A stretch of 64,000 nt of DNA from an uncultured Clostridia bacterium (GCA_947038565.1 CAMQWP010000003.1:85183-149182), one strand, 5' to 3'; numbered from the stretch's first letter, positions 31,889 to 41,257 are shown. Translations and numbers: made by a program. Notes: generated from the sequence alone by a model not told the origin.

Positions 31889-32674
31889 TCAAGCCACGCT
31901 TTTTACCATCTCACTGTATCTACCTAAGTACGAACAAATATCATCAATTCTAATAGCAAACCCAATACCGAAAACAATATCTTTATTGCTAGTGCCATCA
32001 GACACTTGACGCATAGTAATAATACCGATAAGCTCACCACGCATGTTATAAAATCCACCACCCGAATTACCAGAATTTACTGGAGCATCGACAATAATAT
32101 GATTAAATGTATTACCGAAATCATCGTCTATAGCTATAGTCGGATTAGCAACCATCGCCTTTGACGCAAGCAACCCTATATTATTAGGATTTCCGACCAT
32201 AAGCCCTGAAACACCAAAATCCACATCATCTACATGTCCAAGCACAATAGCTGGAGCAGTAAAAGGCGTAAGACTAGTGATCTTTATAAGAGCCAAGTCG
32301 ATCTCACTATACTTAGTAGTATCAGGCTCAGGCAATACTTTTCCGTTGAAAGATTTATATTTACCATTGCCTATAGATAGAGAAACAGTAACAGCGGTAT
32401 GACCTGCCACAACATGATCATTTGTTAAAACCAAACCATCACCTACGACAACACCACTACCTCTAGAGCTTCCCGCAGCTATAATAACTGACGACGGCAC
32501 AACGATATCTGCTACTTTAGCGTAAGCATGATCAAGGCTCTCGAGCTGTACATTTTCGTGCACATTAATAGGCACAATAGTATCTACCACATACAAATAT
32601 GTAAGCGTAATAATTGAAATTAAAATAACACCATACGCTACTAAATTAGAAAATCTAAACTTATAACCTGTCAT
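31889..32674 (-). CDS. membrane-anchored trypsin-like serine protease (S1C, no PDZ)
   Basis: N-terminal TM helix. Catalytic segments are TNDHVV (His), IDLALIK (Asp) and GNSGGG (Ser). Confidence 0.8.
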   Translation of the reverse strand: MTGYKFRFSNLVAYGVILISIITLTYLYVVDTIVPINVHENVQLESLDHAYAKVADIVVPSSVIIAAGSSRGSGVVVGDGLVLTNDHVVAGHTAVTVSLSIGNGKYKSFNGKVLPEPDTTKYSEIDLALIKITSLTPFTAPAIVLGHVDDVDFGVSGLMVGNPNNIGLLASKAMVANPTIAIDDDFGNTFNHIIVDAPVNSGNSGGGFYNMRGELIGIITMRQVSDGTSNKDIVFGIGFAIRIDDICSYLGRYSEMVKSVA

Positions 32675-33582
32675 AAAATACCCCCTACTTTAAGCCCTGA
32701 TACTATTGAATTTGATTTTATTGCAAAACCGATACTGAATGATAAATCCGTATTTGGTTCAGTCTGATTAACTTTCATTAAGTAATTAAATCCTACCACC
32801 TCGCCCTTGCTATTGAACATAACTGAGCTTGTTGAAGTGTACTGAAGAAATTTATTATTCTCAATATGTCCTGAATACGCGTCCGAATCGTCTATAAGAT
32901 GATTACCAGAAGTATACATACTTGCAGGCACTATTCCGTCTCCGAAAATATCCATACCGTCCTCTTCCGAGTCTTTCGAAAAGTCAAGTTGAGTATTAGA
33001 TACCAATACCTCAAACAATCTACACTCACCCATAAAAGTAGATATCGCAAGCGTATTACTGCCAAAGACAAGCTCGTCCGAGTCGCCAAAAACGCAAGGG
33101 ACTAACTTCCTAGTATCATTTGGAATATCTGGATTAGGTATATAATCTTCAAGCTGAAGAAGCACCAAGCCTATATCACTAGCCTTATCAATTTTAGGAT
33201 AAAGCTCTACTGGTTTCTCACACTGATATTTGTAAGATTTACCTTCTGCACTTTTTACAGTTGCGAACAATTTGATATTACTAGAAAATCCTGAAATTGG
33301 ATAGTACTTCGGAACACTTTGCTTGTTTACTAGCAAGTTATTATCATCGACAACAAGTCCTGTGATATAATTTACAAGATACCATTCGCCTTCTATCTTT
33401 TGATGTACCTCAATATTTGCTATTGATGGCATAGCAGTAACAGCGACTCTCTCATAAACCGTAGCGTCGTTGGCGATGTCTACATCTATATCACGTGTGT
33501 CAAAGTTACAGCCCGTCAAGGCGAATACTGATAACACAAGCACTATAGAAAGCACTAGAATTTTGCTAAACTTAGCCTTCAC
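32671..33582 (-). CDS. lipoprotein paralogous to the adjacent S1 protease, with altered catalytic residues
   Basis: Lipobox LTGC at residues 22-25. Hand alignment to the neighbour gives VNKQSV vs TNDHVV and TSTSSVMF vs GNSGGGF, with a shared …IGFAI… end. Confidence 0.6.
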   Translation of the reverse strand: MKAKFSKILVLSIVLVLSVFALTGCNFDTRDIDVDIANDATVYERVAVTAMPSIANIEVHQKIEGEWYLVNYITGLVVDDNNLLVNKQSVPKYYPISGFSSNIKLFATVKSAEGKSYKYQCEKPVELYPKIDKASDIGLVLLQLEDYIPNPDIPNDTRKLVPCVFGDSDELVFGSNTLAISTFMGECRLFEVLVSNTQLDFSKDSEEDGMDIFGDGIVPASMYTSGNHLIDDSDAYSGHIENNKFLQYTSTSSVMFNSKGEVVGFNYLMKVNQTEPNTDLSFSIGFAIKSNSIVSGLKVGGIL

Positions 33583-34480
33583 TAATCATCTCCATAACTT
33601 GTTTTTGCAAGCTATCGTTCTGATGCATTGTCCATATTTCCACATGGTGAGCAGTGTCTCCAGCATTGATATTTAAAAGCTGAGACAGTGCCTCTACTTC
33701 GATAATATGCTCTGAAGTGTAAAGCTCAGTACTACAACTAAAATCTACATAATTCCCTGACCTATCAGCTTTATCGAATTTTTTCTCAAGCATTTTGCCA
33801 TTACGAATAAAATAGACAGCACCTTCAGTATTAAGCACACCTATCTTAAGTGGGCCGTCGCAAATCTCTTTTTGTTGCAAAGATATGTAAGTTTGATTTA
33901 GAGTAAGCCTATCATCTCTAATATTAGTGTAAGGCCATAATACTATGTTTCTATTTGCAAGAAGACCAGTATCATCAGTAGCCATAGGTACGATCGCAAG
34001 ACCACCCTTATTCATAACTGACAATGCCCAAAGAGCAAGAGTCACGGTTTTATCAGTAAAATTAAAGAATGTGTGATCAAGAGTTACCACTCCATTATCG
34101 TCCATTGTCACAGAGATACCTTTTCTGATACCAGTAGTGCACTCGTTAGCGCTGAAAAAAACAGCACCATTATCTAGCATCTTAACTTCAACAGGGTAGT
34201 TGTCAGGAAAATAAGACGCCTCATTCTCTGGAGAAGTCCAAAGTCTATGACCGCCGTAAATATGCCACATTTCACCTTTTTTAAAGTTCGCGTCTAGGTA
34301 ATCGCTAGAACGATTAACATTATCATCAACGTCGCAAAACATCATATTGTCTTCATCAGTAGTACCATAATAGATAATACGAGGGCCAACATCAGTAGTG
34401 ACTCTAAGCAGAACATCACCATTAGTTATCTCGATACAATTACCATACATCATATATTTAACTTTATTAATATTAACCAT
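33572..34480 (-). CDS. hypothetical protein, mutarotase-like/DUF4380-like (tentative)
   Basis: 302 aa. GPRI… and GGHRLWTSPE segments are recalled from DUF4380. Overlaps the downstream gene by 11 nt. Confidence 0.35.
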   Translation of the reverse strand: MVNINKVKYMMYGNCIEITNGDVLLRVTTDVGPRIIYYGTTDEDNMMFCDVDDNVNRSSDYLDANFKKGEMWHIYGGHRLWTSPENEASYFPDNYPVEVKMLDNGAVFFSANECTTGIRKGISVTMDDNGVVTLDHTFFNFTDKTVTLALWALSVMNKGGLAIVPMATDDTGLLANRNIVLWPYTNIRDDRLTLNQTYISLQQKEICDGPLKIGVLNTEGAVYFIRNGKMLEKKFDKADRSGNYVDFSCSTELYTSEHIIEVEALSQLLNINAGDTAHHVEIWTMHQNDSLQKQVMEMISEG

Positions 34481-34486
34481 GAAAAA

Positions 34487-34705
34487 TTACTCCTCAATTT
34501 TTATAATGTCTGAAACACCCAAAAGGTAATCACACGTCACACCGAACAAATTAGCAAGATCTATAAGCGACTGGAAATTAGGTTCTTTAAGACCTCTCTC
34601 CCAATTACTAATGGATACTTGCGATACGCCCATGTATACAGCAATATAATTTTGGTTGTAACCTTTATTTTTCCGTAAACTTACCAATCTTTCTCTAAAC
34701 TTCAT
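34487..34705 (-). CDS. XRE-family helix-turn-helix transcriptional regulator
   Basis: 72 aa; canonical HTH_3 pattern (…NQNYIAVYMGVSQVSISNWERG…). Confidence 0.85.
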   Translation of the reverse strand: MKFRERLVSLRKNKGYNQNYIAVYMGVSQVSISNWERGLKEPNFQSLIDLANLFGVTCDYLLGVSDIIKIEE

Positions 34706-34782
34706 AATTCACACCTACATATTTATATACTACATTACATTATAACATAATATTAAATACTTTACAACACTAATGGTTATAT

Positions 34783-35454
34783 TTACAAACAAATTTCTAC
34801 AGAATCTAGATCATCAACGATTTCATCATCTATCATAATTAGCGTAGACAAAACATGTTCGACATAATGACTATTATTTGACTTTAATAAAACTTCTTTA
34901 ATGTCATTAATTATGTCAATCATTTGCATATGAAAGTTTTTAAGCATTTGCTGAATAAACGGGAAACAATCATGAATATCACCGACAACATGCTTAACAG
35001 CATAAGCGACAACTCCCGCAACATCGGTATACTGCATACCCTCGCCTACAGAATCATAATCAACGCCATAACATCTACCATCTTTGATGATAAAATTTAC
35101 AAAATTGATGTCTTGGATAATATAACCCTCAGCAAGCGAATAAAATATTTGCAGAAACACACTAAGCTCGTTCGCAAGACGGATAAGCCCTGCATTATCA
35201 TCAGTCATAGTGTAATTTATATACTTATCAAGAAAAGAATCACCCTCGATATATTCGTATATAATATAATCGCTTCCCTGCTCTACCACCATTGGTGCAT
35301 AGCCCGATATAGACAACTGGTTCAAAATAGTCATCTCTAACTTTCTAGAACTCATGTCGCGATATTTTTTCAAGACAACAAGCTCACCCTCATTATTTTT
35401 AGCGAGGTAAACTTTATCAGTCCTACTCATTTGTTTTAACAATTCAATTCTCAT
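34783..35454 (-). CDS. small protein-kinase-fold protein (atypical kinase/phosphotransferase)
   Basis: 223 aa. It has VVLKKY (VAIK-like Lys), a YEYIEG hinge, IQDINFVNFI (D..N catalytic-loop-like) and GVDYD (DFG-like). Confidence 0.5.
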   Translation of the reverse strand: MRIELLKQMSRTDKVYLAKNNEGELVVLKKYRDMSSRKLEMTILNQLSISGYAPMVVEQGSDYIIYEYIEGDSFLDKYINYTMTDDNAGLIRLANELSVFLQIFYSLAEGYIIQDINFVNFIIKDGRCYGVDYDSVGEGMQYTDVAGVVAYAVKHVVGDIHDCFPFIQQMLKNFHMQMIDIINDIKEVLLKSNNSHYVEHVLSTLIMIDDEIVDDLDSVEICL

Positions 35455-35615
35455 TATAACCCCTTAATATGAACACACATATTCGATTATTCACACAAGT
35501 ATATTGTGCTATATTATAGTGATAAAGTCAAGTAAAATCGTGCAATAATTAGTATTATTGTATAAAGATGTATTATTAACATATAATAAGGATACCAAAG
35601 GTTAAGGAGGGAAAT

Positions 35616-35924
35616 ATGAAAGGAATTAAATGTACTACAAGCAATTGCGAATTTAATGAAGGATGTCACTGTAGAGCTGGCATAGTAAATGTCGATAAAA
35701 ACGGCAATTGTGACACAAAACTTAAGCGTGAGAATGGTGTAATCGAGCAAGAATTTATAAACATGGAGACTGCATCAGAGTTTGCATTCGACGAAAGTGA
35801 TGATACTTTTATCGAATGTAGCAGTACAGGATGTGCTCACAACAAAAACAATAAATGCATGTCTGAGCATATTAATGTCGGCGACAAAATGTTGCATACA
35901 AAGTGCAAAACTAGAGAAAAATAA
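35616..35924 (+). CDS. DUF1540 cysteine-rich protein (two repeats)
   Basis: 102 aa with an AAGGAGGG RBS. Two C-x-x-x-C…C-x-C modules (IKCTTSNCEFNEGCHC and IECSSTGCAHNKNNKC). Confidence 0.7.
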   Translation: MKGIKCTTSNCEFNEGCHCRAGIVNVDKNGNCDTKLKRENGVIEQEFINMETASEFAFDESDDTFIECSSTGCAHNKNNKCMSEHINVGDKMLHTKCKTREK

Positions 35925-36091
35925 CCTGAAACAGCACTAAAACTAATCAAAACATGTCATATGCTATAAAACATTAGTCAAGTGTACAATAATGCATGAT
36001 CAATTATTTGGTAATGCACAATGCATAATATTCTAATTTTTTTGTTACATTTACTATGCTATGCAGCAACTATGATATATAGTACAACAAA

Positions 36092-36129
36092 ATTACCCAC
36101 AGACATAGTCTGTGGGTAATTCTTATTTT
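36092..36129 (+). terminator. strong hairpin terminator after the DUF1540 gene
   Basis: ATTACCCACAGAC (36092-36104), ATA loop, GTCTGTGGGTAAT (36108-36120), then TCTTATTTT. Confidence 0.8.
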
Positions 36130-36502
36130 GTATTAACAATCTATCATAAACTTTAACTAATCAGATTAGTTTATATTATATAGATTTATCTATTAAATTG
36201 TCTAATCATTTTCATTTTAAAATATTGTCTCATAATACAATATCATTCATTTTAGGCATTTGCAAAGTAATCTATACTACTTCTAATTACTAATTATGCA
36301 AGCTCATAATACTTGCTTTTGAAGGTATTATTTACTTAAAATTCCTATCTAGAGCCGTCGCTTTTCTTGATTATATTTCTATCGGAATTCAATTATGATC
36401 CTATATAATTTAGCGGTTTTGCTCTCATTAAAAAATAAAATTATTCAATTGTTGTTAAATTTCAATTTGCTCATTGATATCACATCAAAGCATTCTTTTT
36501 TA

Positions 36503-36656
36503 GCTTGAGTTGCTACACGTACACTTAGACTCTAGCTCGTAGACTATTGGTCATATTCGGTCTTTGGCTCATCATGATACTGACTCCAACTCACCGTCGA
36601 TCGGTCACAATTGAGTCACCTCGTACAAACACTCTCAGCCTGTAAGGCATTTAGCC
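36503..36656. repeat. degenerate copies of the 57-bp unit family
   Basis: The block opens with GCTTGAGTT like the array flank. It contains …CATGATACTGACTCCAACTCAC… and …ATCGGTCACAATTGAGTCACC…, alignable by eye to the 57-mer, and ends with GCCTGTAAGGCATTTAGCC. Confidence 0.6.
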
Positions 36657-36911
36657 TATTATTACATGCAATACTAATATGTTTATTTACATTATTAGTA
36701 TTATTTGCTACTACTAAGATATAAGATTTTACCTTATTCTAATCTTTAATCGAGGATAAGTTTTTATATCGTGCGCTAAATTTTTACAATGATATTGTAA
36801 ATTGCTATTTCACAACTTCTTATGCCTCTAGTATTTTTTTTTGCTTTTCGCACTATTATTATAAAATAATATGCTTGGCTTGAGTTCGCCTTTCGGACAT
36901 TTTGACACCAG

Positions 36912-37268
36912 CTCATGGACTTCTAGTCTTATTTATCGGTCATCGTCTCTCTTGATACCTGACTCAAACTCTTGGACTTCTAGTCTTTTTTATCGGTCAT
37001 CGTCTCACTTGATACCTGACTCAAGCTCTTGGACTTCTAGTCTTTTTTATCGGTCATTGTCTCACTTGATACCTGACTCAAACTCATGGACTTCTAGTCT
37101 TTTTTATCGGTCATTGTCTCACTTGATACCTGACTCAAACTCATGGACTTCTAGTCTTTTTTATCGGTCATTGTCTCACTTGATACCTGACTCAAACTCA
37201 TGGACTTCTAGTCATTATTATCGGTCATCGTCCCACCTGATACCTGACTCAAACTCATGGACTTTTGG
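36912..37268. repeat. 57-bp tandem repeat array, 6 full units plus a partial 7th
   Basis: Units start at 36912, 36969, 37026, 37083, 37140, 37197 and 37254. Units 4 and 5 are identical, and the outer units carry a few substitutions. Confidence 0.95.
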
Positions 37269-38130
37269 GCCGTAAGGTCATTTCGTCTCTAGCTCTCTCC
37301 GTCAATGCTTCAGTAGCATTAATATTTTAGGTTAAGAGATACGATTTCCCCATTTCTCTTCTTTGAGGTAAGGTTTTGTAACACTACTTATATGCTATTT
37401 TTTTCATGTAACATATTAGATAGATCTCACAACTTCTTACTGCTCTACTATTTCCTTTTACTTTGCTTTTCTTAAACAATACTTCCTAGACAAATAGTCT
37501 TACGGACATTTAGCTCACGCCCAACGTATTGCTATTATTAAGAGATCATAATTTTTCCCAATATAATTATCTCTTAGTAGAAGAATGCACATGTCGTTAC
37601 GTATTTTTGCATCTAATTAGTTGCAAATCCGCTAACATATTATTTCCTCATAGTAAACTTTTTGTGCTGATAACACTAGCTATCAGAGTATGTAACCAAT
37701 AAGCGAATAAACATTCTCATAATGCTTGACACTTCTAGAAGGATGATATGCAATCATCAAGTTTCTACTTGGTTCGTATTTATAGTCTAGCACCCATGAT
37801 AGCAATTGTCAATACACATTTTGAATATTTTACAAATAAATTATAATAGTGTATTGATTTTATAAGTTTTGCCTACTTTTCGAAGAAAATCTCAATCTTT
37901 TGATATTGATTAGAGTGATTATAGCCTAAATTTAGCTAAATCAATAATCATATCTATATTTTCTAGTCACCATATTTTATGATCAGCAATAAAAAAAAAT
38001 GACTTAAAAGCCATCTTTTTTTTATATCTATTTATTTTGATGTTGTTATATTCATTTTTGCAACATTATATTGCTAGTGTATTTATCTCATATATAGCTA
38101 ATTATGAACAGTTTTTACTTAAATAATAAC

Positions 38131-39702
38131 TTATGCAACTACTATTTCTTCTACAGTTTCATCATTCTCAGGGTCGATATCAGTATCTTTTTTCTTAAGT
38201 TCTATCTTAAAGTTATCATAATCATTTGACATCTTCTCTGATATTGGACGTCTATCCGAAAGTGAACCGATCCATAATGCAGCAGTTGATAGTATAAATC
38301 CTGGTATCAACTCGTAAATTTCGAATATTCCGCCAAGAGGGCTTAGTCCATATCTCCATACAATAGTAGTAACAGCACCAGTTACAATAGATGCTATAGC
38401 TCCTCGAAGTTTTAACTTCTTAGAATACAATGAGAATACGATAAGTGGTCCGAATGACGCTCCAAAACCGCCCCATGCATACTGAACTAACTCAAATATT
38501 TTAGATTCAGGATCTAATGCTAGAAGAATCGCAGCAGCCGATACAGCAACAATAGTTAATCTAGACACTAGCATTATTTCTTTGTCCTTTGCATTGCGTC
38601 TAAAATGTCTTTTATAAATATCCTCAGCAAACGAACTACTTGCTACTAATAATTGGCTATCAGCAGTAGACATAATAGCCGCAAGAATTGCTGATAGCAA
38701 TAGTCCTGCAACCACTGGCCCGAATGACTTTTGTACAAGTAGCATGAATACGGTTTCCGCACTATCATTATTTATTGCACTGTTTAAAACAATACGACCA
38801 ACTATACCTATAAGTATTGCACAAGCCATAGTTATCACTACCCATACAAGGGCGATAACAGTAGCGGGTTTGATTGTCTTTTTATTTTTAGTTGCCATAA
38901 ATCGAACAAGTACGTGTGGCATTCCAAAGTATCCAAGACCCCAACTTATTGCGGTCATTATAGTTATCCAAGAAAATTCCTCACCTTCTACGGGCATTAG
39001 ATTTCCAAGTGCACCACCAATTTGACCAAGTGCATTAAATTGATCGTCAGTAAAACCTTTTAGTACAAGAACTGGCACAATAATAAGTGCGAAGAACATA
39101 ATCAAGCCCTGAACTAAATCCGTCCAAGACACTGCAAGGAAACCACCTAACAATGTGTATATTACGATAATTGCCGCACCGATAAGTAGTGCGTAATGAT
39201 AATCTAGTCCGAAAACAGCATTAAACATTTTAGCACCAGCCGCGAACATTGACGCAGCATAGAAAGTGAAAAAGAATAAAATCACCATGCCTGAAATAGC
39301 CTGCAGAATACCCTTTTTATCGTCAAATCTATTTTCAAAATAACTAGGTACAGTTATAGAGTTAGACGCAACTTCAGTATAGACACGTAGGCGTTTAGCT
39401 ACAAATATCCAGTTAGCTGCCGTACCCAAAAGCAATCCTATTGCAGTAAAGATAGCTTCTTTTATGCCAGCAACGCTATTTACAGCAATACCCATACAGC
39501 ACAAACCCGGTAAACCCGTAAGCAACCATCCGCTCATGTCCGATGCCTGTGCGGAAAATGCCGTAACCCATGGATTAAGACTTCTGCCGCCTAGCATATA
39601 GGTAGATGATGTCATCTTTCTCCTATAGAATATAAATCCGATACCTATCATTAGTAATAGGTATAATCCGAATATTAATAATATTATGTGATTATCTTTC
39701 AT
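38131..39702 (-). CDS. putP: sodium/proline symporter (SSS family)
   Basis: Polytopic, with …GGRSLNPWVTAFSAQASDMSGWLLTGLPG…. Start moved to ATG 39702 (MKDNHII) with a GAGGGA RBS. Confidence 0.85.
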   Translation of the reverse strand: MKDNHIILLIFGLYLLLMIGIGFIFYRRKMTSSTYMLGGRSLNPWVTAFSAQASDMSGWLLTGLPGLCCMGIAVNSVAGIKEAIFTAIGLLLGTAANWIFVAKRLRVYTEVASNSITVPSYFENRFDDKKGILQAISGMVILFFFTFYAASMFAAGAKMFNAVFGLDYHYALLIGAAIIVIYTLLGGFLAVSWTDLVQGLIMFFALIIVPVLVLKGFTDDQFNALGQIGGALGNLMPVEGEEFSWITIMTAISWGLGYFGMPHVLVRFMATKNKKTIKPATVIALVWVVITMACAILIGIVGRIVLNSAINNDSAETVFMLLVQKSFGPVVAGLLLSAILAAIMSTADSQLLVASSSFAEDIYKRHFRRNAKDKEIMLVSRLTIVAVSAAAILLALDPESKIFELVQYAWGGFGASFGPLIVFSLYSKKLKLRGAIASIVTGAVTTIVWRYGLSPLGGIFEIYELIPGFILSTAALWIGSLSDRRPISEKMSNDYDNFKIELKKKDTDIDPENDETVEEIVVA

Positions 39703-39745
39703 TATGTAAATCCCTCGTTTTGTTGTAAATTTTGCGTATACATTT

Positions 39746-39774
39746 ATTTTACTAGATATACTTTGTAATGTCAA
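39746..39774 (-). promoter_or_regulatory. putP promoter
   Basis: On the minus strand: TTGACA (39774-39769), 17-nt spacer, TAAAAT (39751-39746). Confidence 0.5.
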
Positions 39775-39990
39775 GCAAAATACCTTTACACGTGTGATTA
39801 TAATGAACATATACTAAATTAATGAAAAATATGTGGATATGCCATATATATTCGTTATTAAACTATAATATACTAAGATATACTATTTGTATAATTATGA
39901 GCAGATATTGCATATACTTATAAATATTTATAAACTCCAACTATTCTATAACGTGAGCTTTTAACCAAAGTCATAACAATAATAAAATGT

Positions 39991-40305
39991 TTATTTGACC
40001 CACTTCTCTCCCCAGCACTGCATATTTTTAATTGTGCAATCTACATCCAAGCCTTTTTCAGTAAGGGTATAACTGACATTAGGAGGTATAACAGGCAACA
40101 CATGTCTAGTTATAATACCTTGAGTTTCCAAATCCCTTAGGCATGAAGTAAGCGTTTTAGGACTTATATTATTTAAACACTTTCTTATCTGTCCAAATCT
40201 CATTTTGCCTTCAAATAGATTTTTAATAATTAGGAAAGACCACTTTCCACCAATTACGTCTAAAGTCTTTTCCACATAGCACTGAATAGTTTTTTCACAT
40301 TTCAT
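39991..40305 (-). CDS. HxlR-family winged-helix transcriptional regulator
   Basis: 104 aa; …LDVIGGKWSFLIIKNL..G..RFGQI…ISPKTLTSCLRDLE… pattern. Confidence 0.85.
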   Translation of the reverse strand: MKCEKTIQCYVEKTLDVIGGKWSFLIIKNLFEGKMRFGQIRKCLNNISPKTLTSCLRDLETQGIITRHVLPVIPPNVSYTLTEKGLDVDCTIKNMQCWGEKWVK

Positions 40306-40428
40306 AATAAATTCTCCTTATATATTTCACTTTTATTTATTTTACTTACATAAATATATTAACTAATAATTAGTATCAAATGTATACTAATTATCATTTT
40401 TGAAATTATATTACAAATATATCACTAC

Positions 40429-40461
40429 TTGACATTATATACTAAGCGTATATAATGTCAA
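40429..40461. promoter_or_regulatory. palindromic divergent promoter/operator between hxlR and the nitroreductase gene
   Basis: TTGACATTATATAC-TAAGC-GTATATAATGTCAA is a 14-bp perfect inverted repeat. It reads TTGACA, 16-nt spacer, TATAAT on both strands. Confidence 0.6.
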
Positions 40462-40496
40462 TAGTAGTACTACAATAACAACATTTAGGAGAAAAT

Positions 40497-41015
40497 ATGG
40501 ATTTTATAAAACTAGCAAAAAAACGCTGTTCAATGCGAGCATTTACTACCAAGCAAGTCGAATGTGACAAAGTTGATATTATATTAGAAGGCGGTAGAAT
40601 AGCTCCGACAGCAGTGAACTATCAACCACATACAATTTTAGAAATAACTGATCCAACATCACTAAATAAGCTCAAGAATAGTGCAAATGTATTTAATGCA
40701 CCTTTAGTTCTAATTGTATGCTGTGACAAGGCAAAATCATGGATAAGAAAATTTGACAACAAGTCTATGACTGATATAGATGGCACAATAGTAGCTGATC
40801 ATATGGTTATGACTGCCGAAAGTCTAGGACTTGGCACTTGTTGGATAACTTACTTTAATCCATCATCACTTAAAGCTGACTTTAATATACCTGAGAATAT
40901 AGAGCCTATTGCGATCATTGCCATAGGCTATGATGGTGCAGTAAGAAGCTCAGAAAATAGACATAATGGTGTCCGTAAATCTATCAGTGATATGGTAGTA
41001 AGTGATACATTTTAA
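40497..41015 (+). CDS. nitroreductase family protein
   Basis: 172 aa with RCSMRAFT… and RIAPTAVNYQP motifs. Divergent from hxlR, which is a common pairing. Confidence 0.8.
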   Translation: MDFIKLAKKRCSMRAFTTKQVECDKVDIILEGGRIAPTAVNYQPHTILEITDPTSLNKLKNSANVFNAPLVLIVCCDKAKSWIRKFDNKSMTDIDGTIVADHMVMTAESLGLGTCWITYFNPSSLKADFNIPENIEPIAIIAIGYDGAVRSSENRHNGVRKSISDMVVSDTF

Positions 41016-41257
41016 TCTACACTACAATTATATTCTTGATATAAAATAATTATAAACTATATAACTTATTGTTATTGATAATACATATTGCAACATCAAA
41101 AGCTAATAATTCAAAATATGAATACAATTATTTTATCATGTATTAACATAAGGTAATACAAATTGCTGTATATCTTTGAAATTCTTTTCCACACTGAAGT
41201 CTATCTAAAATATAAATATTCGCTTGGTTGAAAACACTAAGCGAGTATTTTTTGCAA

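Noticed and set aside
35514-35750. 78-aa minus-strand ORF overlapping the DUF1540 gene start
   Set aside because: It lies in the AT-rich divergent promoter region, has no RBS, and overlaps the well-supported DUF1540 start and its AAGGAGGG RBS.
36092-36120. DnaA-box-like TTACCCACA / TGTGGGTAA pair (possible origin element)
   Set aside because: Each has one mismatch to TTATCCACA. The two copies are simply the arms of the 13-bp terminator stem after the DUF1540 gene. No dnaA gene or further boxes are nearby.
36912-37268. CRISPR array interpretation of the periodic repeats
   Set aside because: The units are contiguous with no unique spacers. The whole 57-bp period is repeated nearly identically, and there are no cas genes in the window.
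36871-37275. 134-aa plus-strand ORF (…SWTSSLFYRSLSHLIPDSN… repeated) running through the 57-bp array
   Set aside because: The ATG has no Shine-Dalgarno, and the product has no signal peptide or recognisable domain. The frame is open only because one of the six frames of a 57-nt (19-codon) unit happens to lack stops and is then copied. The other five frames all contain stops, and the related degenerate block at 36503-36656 is closed in all frames. Kept as a repeat, not a CDS.
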